Assembly: GCA_047602405.1 (NCBI GenBank)
Contig: JASGHJ010000002.1
Span: forward strand, 1,248,001-1,312,000
Length of the DNA: 64,000 bases
From: Anaeromyxobacteraceae bacterium
GTDB taxonomy: Bacteria > Myxococcota > Myxococcia > Myxococcales > Anaeromyxobacteraceae
Direction: 5' to 3'
A model generated the notes under the pieces. It was given only the letters and a program-made list of their open reading frames with translations, was not told the DNA's origin and ran no database searches. A program made the translations under genes and the position numbers. Shown piece after piece: positions 33,501 to 42,982 of this stretch (the stretch's first letter is position 1; every line of letters starts with the position of its first letter).

Positions 33501-33592
33501 GCCGTCCATGCGGCCGGGTCGCGCACGTCGAGCGGGGCGGGGAGCGCAGGTGCGGCGGTGAGCCAGGCGAGGAGGAGCCCGAGCGCGGTCAT
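30560..33592 (-). CDS. Secreted protein with CBM/discoidin (F5/8C)-like domains and a C-terminal six-hairpin glycosidase-like domain
   Basis: Signal peptide; W..TAS, DFGRVRDLEGVAITW..YELEGSVDG (discoidin-like); YARTWIRDG, ENDSHGQY, SYWDDFW, GDMPHAW. Confidence 0.8.
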   Translation of the reverse strand: MTALGLLLAWLTAAPALPAPLDVRDPAAWTATASEAVEARLARDPDGSLCLEYDFHGVSGYAVLRRAWPVDWPAAFALRTRLKARGPVNDLQVKVVDASGDNVWWVNRPAWAGPAALSGVTFKSGHFGFAWGPISDRTLRRTEALELVVAAREGGKGALCTTGVSLEPREPDPAAWPEPTVRRGAGGAVDWDFGRVRDLEGVAITWPARGAPGGYELEGSVDGRRFTTLRKVGRTAAGFEVAHLPETEARVLRFRLPQGGEPPRLVELRDRTQWKDLNAALSELARRTPRGHVPRAFLGEQNFWALVGVDGGGERSALLSEDGAVELGRGGYSVEPALVLEDGRLVTWADAGISHRLRDGDLPMPEVRFAVSHSLELEVAAAAEGPGVAPRLLVRYAIVNRGRDARTVRLLLAVRPWQVNPPQQFLTTPGGASRIDRLRWAPPRLEVNGRPGPTFSTRPAKVTALGMEGGIDLRALRGAPDLGELTDPLLHASALLEFELAVAGGETRTVSFTAPLGGDLGRGPTGALEPDPPPEPRLDAVARGWRAKLDRVRVDVPASAAAIPATLRTTLAHVLMSRDGAMLKPGTRSYARTWIRDGAMMASGLLRMGEADAARDFVDAFSRYVYPSGKVPCCADARGADPVVENDSHGQYLYAVAEVYRHTQDPAFLARHWPVVQRVVAWMEDLRQSTRTPEFRASHPAKLVGLLPPSISHEGYSDKPAYSYWDDFWAIRGYRDAVAMARALGHAEEGARWATWAAELEADVARSADLVALETGGTLAGAADRADFDPTSSTVALDPAQARLSPGLLERTFERYWVSGAARAFGAQAYPDYTPYELRTVGALVRLGQPERARRMLEFFLEDRRPAAWNQWAEVVMPDPRTVHFLGDMPHAWVSSDYLRSALDLFAFEREADGALILGAGLAPAWVAEGTGIAGLSTWYGTLTYRLAPAPRGHLLELGGGLAAPPGGVRLAWPLPGPLPRALHAGRELRWRGRELVLPPGPATVKLEAP

Positions 33593-34425
33593 CCCTTCAC
33601 GCTCCCGACGAGGAGGCCCTGGATGTAGTGGCGCTGCAGGGCCAGGAACAGCACGAGCACCGGCAGGATCGTGACGACCGAGCCCGCCATCATGAGCTCG
33701 ACGTCCTGCACGTGCTCGCGGGAGAGGGCGGCGAGGGCGACCGGCAGGGTCTGGACGTCGCGCTCGGTGAGGATGATGAGCGGCCACATGAAGTCGTTCC
33801 AGGCTCCCAGGAACGAGAGGACCGCGATCGTGGCGATGATGGGGCGCAGCAGCGGCACCACCACCCTGAGGAAGATCGAGCCCTCGCCGGCGCCGTCGAT
33901 CCGGGCGGCCTCGAGGATGTCGTCGGGGATGCCGAGGCAGTACTGGCGCACGAGGTAGATGCCGAACACGCTCGCGAGCCAGGGCACGAGCACGCCTGCG
34001 TAGGTGTTCACGAGCCCCATGTTCTTCAGCATGAGGAAGAGCGGCATCATCGTGACCTGCGCCGGCACGACGAGCGCCCCGAGGAGGAGCCGGTAGATGC
34101 GGTCGCGCCCGGCGAAGTGGAGCTTCGCGAACGCGTAGCCCGCCATCAGGTTGCAGGTGAGGGAGAGCGCGGTCGCCAGCAGCGACACCATCACGCTGTT
34201 CGCCGCCTGGCGCACGATGCCGTGCTCGGTGAAGAGGAGCCGGTAGTTGTCGAGCGTCGGGTGGGCGGGGAAGAACGGGGGCGGGAAGTTGCTCGCCTCG
34301 CCCGCGCGCATGAAGGAGGCCGAGAGCATCCAGACGAGCGGGATGAGCGTCAGCACCGCGACGACGACGAGCGCGCCGTTCACCGCCACCGCGGGGCCCG
34401 AGAGACGGAGCGAGCGGCCGTTCAC
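33589..34425 (-). CDS. Carbohydrate ABC transporter permease (MalG-like)
   Basis: EAA motif ILEAARIDGAGE; WNDFMWPL. Confidence 0.93.
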   Translation of the reverse strand: MNGRSLRLSGPAVAVNGALVVVAVLTLIPLVWMLSASFMRAGEASNFPPPFFPAHPTLDNYRLLFTEHGIVRQAANSVMVSLLATALSLTCNLMAGYAFAKLHFAGRDRIYRLLLGALVVPAQVTMMPLFLMLKNMGLVNTYAGVLVPWLASVFGIYLVRQYCLGIPDDILEAARIDGAGEGSIFLRVVVPLLRPIIATIAVLSFLGAWNDFMWPLIILTERDVQTLPVALAALSREHVQDVELMMAGSVVTILPVLVLFLALQRHYIQGLLVGSVKG

Positions 34426-35300
34426 ATCGCCCCCTTCGCGCGGCCGACGCGCGCCTGGAGCAGCGTGAAGCCGAACATGAAGACGAAGAGCACGAAGGCG
34501 ACGGCGGAGGCGGCGCCCAGGCTCCACCACTTGAAGCCGTCCTCGTACATCAGGTAGAGGACCGTCACCGTGCGCTGGGCGGGTCCACCCTGGGTCATCA
34601 CGTACGGCTCGGCGAAGAGCTGGAAGTGCCCGGCCATGGTGAGGATGCTCACCATGAGCAGCATCGGGCCGAGCTCGGGCAGCGTGATGTGGCGGAAGGT
34701 CGAGCGCCGCCCCGCGCCCTCGAGGTGCGCCGCCTCGTAGAGCTCGGCCGGGATCGCCTGCAGGCCCGCGAGCAGGATGATCATGTTGTAGCCGAAGTTC
34801 TTCCAGACCGAGAGCAGCACGATGGCCGGCATCGCCCAGGCCGGGTTGCCGAGCCAGTCGACCGAGCCGAGGCCGAGCGCCGTGAGCCCGTAGTTCACGA
34901 GCCCGTAGCGCGTGTGGAGGAGGACCTTCCAGACCACCGCCACCGCGGCGAGCGTCGTGATGACCGGGACGAAGAGCGCGGTGCGGAAGAAGCCCTTCCA
35001 GCGCGCGAGCGGCGAGTGGAGGAGGAGCGCCGCGCCGAGGGAGGCGCCGATGGAGAGCGGCACGCCCACCACCACGAAGAACATCGTGTTGAGGAGGGCC
35101 TGCCAGAAGAGCGGGCGGCGCAGCAGCTCGAGGTAGTTGTCGAGGCCGATGAAGCGGACGTTCCGCCAGGAGGCGAGCGCGTACAGGTCGAAGTCGGTCG
35201 CGCTCATGAGGAGCGCGCCGGCGACGGGCACCACGAAGAAGACCGCGATCGCGAGGAGCGCGGGGGCCGCGAAGAGCCAGCCGGCGAGGGCGCGCCTCAC
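34422..35300 (-). CDS. Carbohydrate ABC transporter permease (MalF-like)
   Basis: LAGLQAIPAELYEAAHLEGA; FIGLDNY. Confidence 0.93.
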   Translation of the reverse strand: MRRALAGWLFAAPALLAIAVFFVVPVAGALLMSATDFDLYALASWRNVRFIGLDNYLELLRRPLFWQALLNTMFFVVVGVPLSIGASLGAALLLHSPLARWKGFFRTALFVPVITTLAAVAVVWKVLLHTRYGLVNYGLTALGLGSVDWLGNPAWAMPAIVLLSVWKNFGYNMIILLAGLQAIPAELYEAAHLEGAGRRSTFRHITLPELGPMLLMVSILTMAGHFQLFAEPYVMTQGGPAQRTVTVLYLMYEDGFKWWSLGAASAVAFVLFVFMFGFTLLQARVGRAKGAM

Positions 35301-36565
35301 CCGGCCCTCCGGCGGTCGAGCATGAAGCGCCGCTTCTCGAGGAGCCGGTCGGCGCGGGCGTCCAGCTCCTCGGGCACCTTCGACGCCGGGAGGTCACCGT
35401 GCACGACCTTCTCCATGAGGAGGCGCAGCTCCGTCGCGATGCGCTCCCACTCCGGCACCTGCGGCACCGGCCGGACGCGCTCGAGCTGGTCGCGGAAGGC
35501 CTGCGCGTAGGGATCGGCCGCGAGCGCCGGGTCGGCCCAGGCGGAGCGGCGCGCCGGGAGGTTTCCGGTGGTCCGGTAGAACTCCTGCTGGACGGCGGTG
35601 CGCGAGAGGAACTCGACGAGCTTCCAGGCGGCGTCCTTCTTCCGGGAGCGCTTGAAGAGGACGAGGCTCGAGCCGCCGGCGATGGAGGCGCCCGGGCCGG
35701 TCGGGCCGGGGAGGGGCGCGGTCATCCAGGTGTGCTGGAGCTCGGGCGGGAGGCGGCGCTTGAACTCGCCGATCTGCCAGGGGCCGGAGATGTAGAAGGA
35801 GAAGTAGCCCCGCCCGAACTCGTTCCAGACGTTCGCGACCTCGTTGTTGGTCATCGGCGGCGCGAGCTTGCGCTCGTAGACCGAGAGGTAGAAGCGCAGC
35901 GTCCGCAGGAAGCCCTCGCTCCGGAAGTTGCCGAAGCGGTTCCCGTCGCGCAGCAGCGGCTCCGGCTGCTGCAGCCAGAGCGCGACCATCGGCTCGTACT
36001 CGTTGAGCGGCAGCAGGAGCGCGTAGTTGCCGGCGCCGCCCCGGGCCTTGAGCGCCTCCATCATCCGGAGCCACTCGTCCCAGTCGCGCGGGGGCGCGGG
36101 GTGGCCGGCCGCGGCGAGGAGGTCCCGCCGGTAGAAGAGGAGGCGGGTGTCGACGTACCAGGGCACGCCCCACTGCAGCCCCTCGACGACGTTCGTGTCG
36201 ACGATGCCGCGCGGGTAGTCGGCGAGGTCGACCGCCGAGCCGCGCAGGCGCCCGTCGAGCGGCTCGAGCGCGTCGAGCGCCACGAACTCGGGCAACCAGG
36301 TGTTGCCCATCTGCGCGAGGTCGGGCGTGGCGTCGCCGGCGAAGGCGGTGAGGAGCTTCTCGTGGGCGGCGGTCCAGGGGAGCTGCTCGACCCGGACCTT
36401 GATCCCCGGGTGCTCGCGCTCGAAGGCGGAGAGCAGCTTCGTCGCGACCTCGCCCTCCCGGCCCATCGCCCAGAACCGGAGCACCTCGTCGCCGCCGCGC
36501 GCGCACGCGGACGCGGCGAGCGCGGCGCCGCCCTGCAGGAACGCGCGGCGCGACCAGCCGGTCAT
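35297..36565 (-). CDS. Sugar ABC transporter substrate-binding lipoprotein (Tat signal)
   Basis: MTGWSRRAFLQ...ASAC; FEREHPGIKV, VPWYVDTRLLFYRRDLL, SIAGGSSL. Confidence 0.92.
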   Translation of the reverse strand: MTGWSRRAFLQGGAALAASACARGGDEVLRFWAMGREGEVATKLLSAFEREHPGIKVRVEQLPWTAAHEKLLTAFAGDATPDLAQMGNTWLPEFVALDALEPLDGRLRGSAVDLADYPRGIVDTNVVEGLQWGVPWYVDTRLLFYRRDLLAAAGHPAPPRDWDEWLRMMEALKARGGAGNYALLLPLNEYEPMVALWLQQPEPLLRDGNRFGNFRSEGFLRTLRFYLSVYERKLAPPMTNNEVANVWNEFGRGYFSFYISGPWQIGEFKRRLPPELQHTWMTAPLPGPTGPGASIAGGSSLVLFKRSRKKDAAWKLVEFLSRTAVQQEFYRTTGNLPARRSAWADPALAADPYAQAFRDQLERVRPVPQVPEWERIATELRLLMEKVVHGDLPASKVPEELDARADRLLEKRRFMLDRRRAG

Positions 36566-38036
36566 CCGAGCCATCCGCCGGTGAAGCCGGCCCCGAGGAG
36601 CCCCTTCCGGATGGCGGGGTGCTGGCGGGTGCGCTTCCAGACGAGCTCGCCGTCGGCGTTCGCGATCATCGCGAGGAGCGGGCCGAGCTCGATGCCGAGG
36701 AAGTCGGTGTTCACCCAGCCGAAGCCGGGCTCGTGGCGGCCCTGGGTCGGCGAGGCGCCCGCGAACTCGAAGGTCGGGTTGAAGGCGAAGAAGCCGTACT
36801 TGCCCCAGATGGCCTTGCCGTACCGGGAGTGCATCGCGACGAGCGCGGGCTCCACAATCTCGGGGGCGTGCGGCAGCGACGAGCCCGCCGCGTAGGGCGC
36901 GATCGTGCCGTCGTCCACGCCGCCGGGCCCGCGGGCCGCGTAGCCGTGGAACTGGCGCGAGATCCCGTTCACGACCCTCGCGACCTCCGCCGGGCCGTCG
37001 CAGGCGGTGAGGCCCCAGACGTCCGGGCCGTACGCCGCGCAGCGGGCGGGGTTCGCGATCGCGTAGGCGCGCTGGGCGAGCGTCGCGCGGCGGGTGTTCT
37101 CGAAGGCGTCGAGCCCCTTCGCCCTCAGGTAGGCATCCTGCACGCCCCGCAGGTCGATGAAGCACTGCGGGAACTGGTGGCCGAAGAGGGGCGGGAAGGT
37201 GAGGTACGTCTGGCCCCACTCGGTCTTGAACTGGTTCCAGGCGTCGAGCTTGCTCGTCCAGGCCGCCCAGGCGTCGGCGCCGAGCGGGTTCGTCGGGGCG
37301 CCGATGGCGAGGAGGTAGAGGAGGCCGCCCTCCGAGTTGCCAATCCAGTCGTAGGTCGAGAAGCCGCCCTCCGGGCTCCAGGCGAGCGCGATGGCGGCGC
37401 CGCGCTGCTGCATCCACTTCCAGTCGATGCGGTCGTAGATGGTGTCGACGGCGGCGCGCAGCTCCGCCTCGTCGGCGGCCGCGCCGTCGAAGAAGGCCTG
37501 GGCGTGCAGCATCCCCGCGAGGAGCAGCGCCGTGTCGATCGGCGAGAGCTCGCAGGTGCCGACGCGCGTGCCGGCCGGGTAGGAGAGGAAATGGTAGTAG
37601 AAGCCCTTGTAGCCGGTGATGCCCGTCGCGCCCGGGCCCATCGGCGCGTCGCGGAAGAAGCGCACGGTGGTGAGCGCGCGCGCGAGCGCCTGGGCGCGGG
37701 TCACGTAGGCGCGCTCGACGCCGATGCAGTACGCGGTGAGGGCGAAGCCGACCGAGGCGATGGAGGAGCCCCAGTCGTTGGGCCAGCGGTCCGGCACGAG
37801 GCCGGTGCCCGCGTGCGCCGTGTCCCAGAAGAAGTCGAAGGCCCGCCGCTCGAATCTGCGGGACGAGCTCTGCCGCGGTGAGGGCGGGCAGCGTGAGAAT
37901 CGGGAGGGGGTGAGGCCGGAGGTGAGGAGCTTCCCTTCCCGCAGTTCGCACATCCGGTCAGGGAGGCCGCGGCGAGGCCCCGGAGGAGCTCCCGCCGCGT
38001 GAGGCCGGCGGGGCCCGCGCTGTGGACGCTGGGCAT
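36562..38036 (-). CDS. Tat lipoprotein, glucoamylase-like/GH144 endo-beta-1,2-glucanase-like; two +1 frameshifts at ~37854 and ~37899
   Basis: TRRELL..ASLTGC; FDFFW..GLVPDR, SIASVGF, GYKGFYYHF, ELSPIDTALL, PPLFGHQF, WGLTACDGP, DDGTIAP. Confidence 0.85.
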
Positions 38037-38114
38037 GGCTTCTCCAGGAAGGCTGGGGAAACTCGCCCGCGCAGGCGCCACCTCCGACGCCTGCGCGGGC
38101 GCTCCCTGGCTACA

Positions 38115-41055
38115 CTAGAAGCTGTACGTCCCGGTGAGCTTCACCGTCCGCATCGGGCCGCGCATCGCCGTCGGGATGTCGACCGACAGGTTGTCGAGGC
38201 CGAAGCGGTTCGCCGGGGCGCCGGCGCCGGGCTGGCCGCCGGCCCAGTCGTTGGTCCCGAAGGCGTAGTTCGCCTTGTTGAGGACGTTCAGGACGTCCGC
38301 GCGGAGGACGAAGCCGCCCGGGCCGGCCTTGAAGGTCTTCTGGAGGCCGACGTCGACCTGCGCGAAGTTCGGCTGATCCGAGGAGTACTCGGCGCAGCCC
38401 GTGCTCGGGCAGCCCACGAGGCGGCGGGTGAGGCCGGAGCCCCAGGTCCACCGGCCGGCGAGCTGGACGTCGCCGGGCAGGTCGGCCATGGCGGCCGCGA
38501 CGATGCGGTGCTTGTCGATGAGCGTGGAGTCGTTCCAGGCCCGGTTCGTCTTGCCGTAGCTCCAGTCGAAGATGTCGTCGTTCCAGTCGCGGTGCTTCGT
38601 CTTCGGGTCGGAGAGCGTGTAGGCGATGCTCGCGGTCCAGCGGGAGGCCGCGGAGTACGGCTTCTCGGCCCGGAGGAGGAGGCTGCGGGTGCGGGTCTCG
38701 CCGACCGTGTCGCCGAGGATGAGGGAGCCGTAGCCGTTGGGGCCGCCCCAGAGCGGGTCGAACACCGGCTGGGTGGCCCAGCCGCCGTTCGCGTCGCGGT
38801 TGCCCGAGAACCACTGGAACTGGTTCTTGCCGTTGATCTGGCTCACCGACGCCTCGGCGTTCACGAACGCGATGGCCTGCCGGATGCCGAGGCTCGCCTG
38901 GTCGGCGTACGGCATCTTGAGATCGTTCCGGATGAGCCGAGATCTCGCCGCCCGCCTGCGCGTTCTTCTGCTTCTCGTCGAGCGCGTGGTTCGCCATCGC
39001 GCGGTCGTAGGAGCGGCCCCAGCCGCCGAAGAAGACCGTGTTCCTGTCACCGAACAGGTCGTACGAGGCGCCGACGCGCGGGGCGATGGCGCCGGCGAAG
39101 GACTTGCGGGACTTGCCGTCGGAGATGTAGTCGCCGATGTTCACGCCGCCCTTCGCGAGCGACTCCGCGTAGGTCTGGCCCGCGGGCGGGGTGATGCCCC
39201 ACCGCGCGACGTCCGGCGCGTAGATCGCCGCGACGCGGTCGGCCGGGGTGACGTACGAGTTGTTCAGCATGTTCGTCTCGTAGTCCCAGCGCGCGCCGAT
39301 GTTGACCTCCAGGCGGCTCGTGACCGCCCAGTCGTCCTGGGCGTAGAGGCCGAACTGGGCGTTGTCGAGGGACACGCCGGCCGGGGCCAGCGCGCGGTCA
39401 ATCTGGCACTGGTCGGAGTTCGCGCCGTTGTTCGTCACGTTGTTGCCGGTGCAGTTCGTCCCGTCGAAGAACGGCAGCCCCGTCGCCGGGTCGAGGATGG
39501 TGCGGACCACGTCCACGGACCGGGAGGTGCCGGAGAGCGCGTAGTTGAGCAGGGAGGCCTTGAGGCCGCCCTTGATGACGTTGGAGCGGACGCCCGTGAA
39601 GGTGACGTCCTGGGCGAGGGTGAACCCGCTCTGGGCGCGCTTCTGGTTGTCCGGAGAGCCGCCGTCGTACAGCACGTTGCCGCTCACGGAATTGATGCTG
39701 TTCGTGGGCGAGTACAGGTACTTCATGAGCGGCTCGCTGGCCGCGCTGTGCGGATTCCAGAGCGCGTACTGGTACGACAGCTTCGTCTCGGAGACGAGGT
39801 CGGAGCTGTAGTTCCACTCGTGGACGGCGTCGAACCTGAAGTCGTTGTTCGCGCGGTCCTTGTTGTTGCCCCGCGCCGACCAGGTGCGGTCCTCGGGCAC
39901 GTTGTCGGCCTCGAAGCGCGTGCGGACCGAGGCCCAGACGGTGCGGTTCTCGCCCAGGCGGGCGCTCACCTTGCCGAAGACGAGGTGCTCCTGGAAGGGA
40001 TCCACGAACGCGCCGGTCTTGGAGAGGAGGTCGGGCACGATGCCCTTGTTCGGATCGTACTTGTCCTTCTGGCCCATCGCGACGGTGCGCGAGTCGTCGA
40101 TGTTCTTGTAGTCGTAGGCGAGGAAGTAGTTGATCGCGTCCTCCTTGATCGGGCCGCCGACGGAGACGCCGGCCTCGTTCTTGGAGGAGAAGGGGAGCGT
40201 CAGGCCGTTGCGGGCGTTGTTCCGCTCGAGCGGGGACTGGGAGCGCCACCGCGTCTCGAACCGGTCGAAGTACGCGTCGCCGTGGAGCTCGTTGCCGCCG
40301 GACTTCGTCACGGCGGTGATGGCGGCGGAGGAGACCTGGTCGTACTCGGCCTTGTAGTTCTGGGTGAGGACCTTGTACTCGGCGATCGCCGACTGCGGGA
40401 ACGGGTTGCCGCGGGAGGAGTCCTGGCCCGAGGCGCCGCCGCGGATGATGTTGTTCTTCTGGCTGATGCCGTCGATGAAGACGTTGGAGTTGTTGCGGTC
40501 GGCGGCGCCGGCCTGGAGCTTCGTGTAGCCCGTGCCCTCGTCCACGAGGTAGGCGACGCCAGGGGCGAGCTCCGCGCCCGCGAGGAAGTTGCGGGTGGCG
40601 ACGGGCATCGCCTGCGCCATCTTCTGCGACACCACCGTCCCGACCTCGGAGGTCTTCACCGCCTTGCGGCGGGTGGTCCCGGTGACGACGATCTCCTCCA
40701 CCTTCTCGGCGGACTTGCCGCCCATGGAGAAGTCGACCGACGCCGTCTCGCCGACCGCGAGGGTGATCGCCTCGGTCTTCGCGACGCCGTCCGCGGCGGT
40801 GATCCGGATCTCGTAGTTGCCCGGGGGCAGGCTGGTGAGGACGTAGCCGCCGTCCGCCTGGGTGGTGGTGCGGTAGGTGAAGCCGCTCGCCTTGTTCACG
40901 GCGACGACCGCCGTGCCGGCCGGCGCGACCGTATCACCAGAGGTGATCATGCCCTTGATCGTGGCGGTGCTGACCTGGGCGTACGCCGTGCCGGCGAGGA
41001 CCAGGGCAACCGCCGCCGCGAAGGTACGGCTGCGGAGCACTCGGGAAAGTCTCAT
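38115..41055 (-). CDS. TonB-dependent receptor (carboxypeptidase-regulatory N-domain), +1 frameshift at ~38939
   Basis: Signal peptide; GNPFPQSAIAEYKV, AITAVTKSGGN, LYAQDDW, IGARWDYE; C-terminal TGTYSF. Correction gives GEIWLIRNDLKMP. Confidence 0.92.
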
Positions 41056-41369
41056 CGCTGCCTCCATCGACGTCGGGAGAGTGACTGCGGGTTCTTGCGG
41101 GGCGGCGCCGAGGCGCCGGGCTTCTGTGCTGCTGCTGCTGCGCGGTTGTCGAGCGACTGCGTGACGCGTAGGCAGATGGAACGAGTCAATTCGGGTAGTG
41201 GTCGAATTAATCTCACATCTGTTACTGTGTGTTCTACCGGGATAAACCCAAGACCCACCTGTGATTCCGGATGTTACCCCAAGAAGCGGTGCGTCACGGT
41301 AATTCACCCTGTGGAAATGCGCAGATGCTGCGTTTTGCCGCAGGGTAGTGGCGACGGGGATGGAGCGCG

Positions 41370-42575
41370 ATGAGCGGCGACCAGGGCCTCCTGAAGCGCA
41401 TCAACCGCATGGCGATCGTGCGCTACGTCCGCGCTCGCCCCGGGCTCGCCCGCGGCGAGCTGGCGGAGCTCACCGGGCTCGCCGACTCGACCGTGAGCGT
41501 CCTCGTGAAGGGGCTCATCGAGGAGGGGTGGCTGCGCGCGCACGCGCTCGCCGAGAGCCGCGGTGCCGGCCGCCGCCCGCAGGTCCTCTCGACCGACACG
41601 ACCCGCCTCGCGCTGCTCGGCGCCGAGGTCGGCGTCGACTACGTCGCCGTCGCCGCGTGCAACATCCAGGGCGACCTCCTCTTCTCCCGCATGGAGAACT
41701 ACCGGCACGAGGGCGTGGAGCGGTCCGTCCGCGACATGGCCGCGATCGTGGCGGAGGCGCGCGCGCGGATGGTCGGCGAGGGGCGCCTGCCGCTCGGCCT
41801 CGGCGTGGGCCTGCCCGGCATGGTCGAGCTCGACGGCACGCTGCGCCTCGCGCCCAACCTCGGCTGGCGCGACGTCTCGATGCCGCCGCTCATCAGCGCT
41901 GCGCTCCAGCGCCTCGGCTGCGGCGACCTGCCCGTCTTCGTGCTCAACGACGCGAACGCGGGCGCGCTCTCCGAGCACGTCTTCGGCGCCTCCGACGCGA
42001 CCCAGTCGATGGTGTTCCTCTCGCTCGGCTTCGGCATCGGCGCCGGCGTCATCCTCGACTCGGGCCTGCACCTCGGCCGCGCGGGCCTCGCCGGCGAGGT
42101 CGGTCACTCGGTCGCGCAGCCCGACGGGCTCCCGTGCACGTGCGGCCGGCGCGGCTGCTTCGAGACCCTCATCTCCCAGCGCGCGATCAGCCGGAGCGCC
42201 ACCGGGCGGGAGGATCCGATCCTCTCGGTGGAGGAGCTCGGCGTGCGCGTCGCGCGCGGCGAGCCCGGCGCGGTCGCGGCCGTCCGCGCGGCCGGCCTCC
42301 ACCTCGGCCTCATGGTCCACAACCTCGTGGTGGCCGTCGACCCGGCGGTGGTGGTGCTGGGCGGGCCGCTGAGCCGCCTCACGCTGCTCGTGGACACCGC
42401 GCTCGACGAGGTGAAGCGGCTCGCCGGCGATTCGCCGCACCACCGCGCGACGATCCGCACCTGCCGCTTCGGCATCCACGCCGGCGTCTGCGGCGCGGCC
42501 GCGAGCGTGCTCGACCACCTCCTGCACCCGCTCGACCGCGGGGCGGGCGTGCGCGAGGCGGCGAACCTCTCGTGA
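41370..42575 (+). CDS. ROK family transcriptional regulator
   Basis: N-terminal HTH (RGELAELTGLADSTVS); NDANAGAL.E, GIGAGVI, AGEVGH..C.CG.RGCFE. Confidence 0.93.
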   Translation: MSGDQGLLKRINRMAIVRYVRARPGLARGELAELTGLADSTVSVLVKGLIEEGWLRAHALAESRGAGRRPQVLSTDTTRLALLGAEVGVDYVAVAACNIQGDLLFSRMENYRHEGVERSVRDMAAIVAEARARMVGEGRLPLGLGVGLPGMVELDGTLRLAPNLGWRDVSMPPLISAALQRLGCGDLPVFVLNDANAGALSEHVFGASDATQSMVFLSLGFGIGAGVILDSGLHLGRAGLAGEVGHSVAQPDGLPCTCGRRGCFETLISQRAISRSATGREDPILSVEELGVRVARGEPGAVAAVRAAGLHLGLMVHNLVVAVDPAVVVLGGPLSRLTLLVDTALDEVKRLAGDSPHHRATIRTCRFGIHAGVCGAAASVLDHLLHPLDRGAGVREAANLS

Positions 42576-42832
42576 GCGAGCGGCGGAGCACGTCCGGCGC
42601 CCAGCGCCGCCCGCACGGCCAGTGGGCCAGGCGGGGCGTCGGCCCCGGGCTCCGGCGCGCCTCCGCCCGGCTCCGCCTCGAGCTCCGCCGCCGCGTCCCG
42701 CGCCGCGCCGGCGTGGCGCCCGCGCCCGTGCCGGAGCTCGCCGGGGCGCCGCGCGGGGGCGGGGGGCGCACGCTCGCAGCGCTCGTCGCCGCCGGGATCC
42801 TCGGCGCGGCGGCGATCGCGCTCCTGCGCTGA
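42572..42832 (+). CDS. Possible small membrane protein
   Basis: GTGA overlap with the ROK stop; C-terminal hydrophobic helix; low complexity. Confidence 0.35.
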   Translation: MSERRSTSGAQRRPHGQWARRGVGPGLRRASARLRLELRRRVPRRAGVAPAPVPELAGAPRGGGGRTLAALVAAGILGAAAIALLR

Positions 42833-42982
42833 GCGGCGCGCTGCTTCATTCGTTGCCATCCGGGCCGGTTTCCAGCAGATTCACCTGTCCGGTGCTGCCG
42901 GACGGGGGCGGGTCCGTTCATCCCGAGCGTCGGCCCGCGCAGCGGGCCGAAGTCGAGGGACGAGCCCCCCGTGGAGGACAGC

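Noticed and set aside
42915..42975. SAM-I riboswitch resemblance (TTCATC..GAG...GAGGGAC..GCCC) before cysE
   Set aside because: The downstream GCAACC, GGTGC and GAT core elements are absent.
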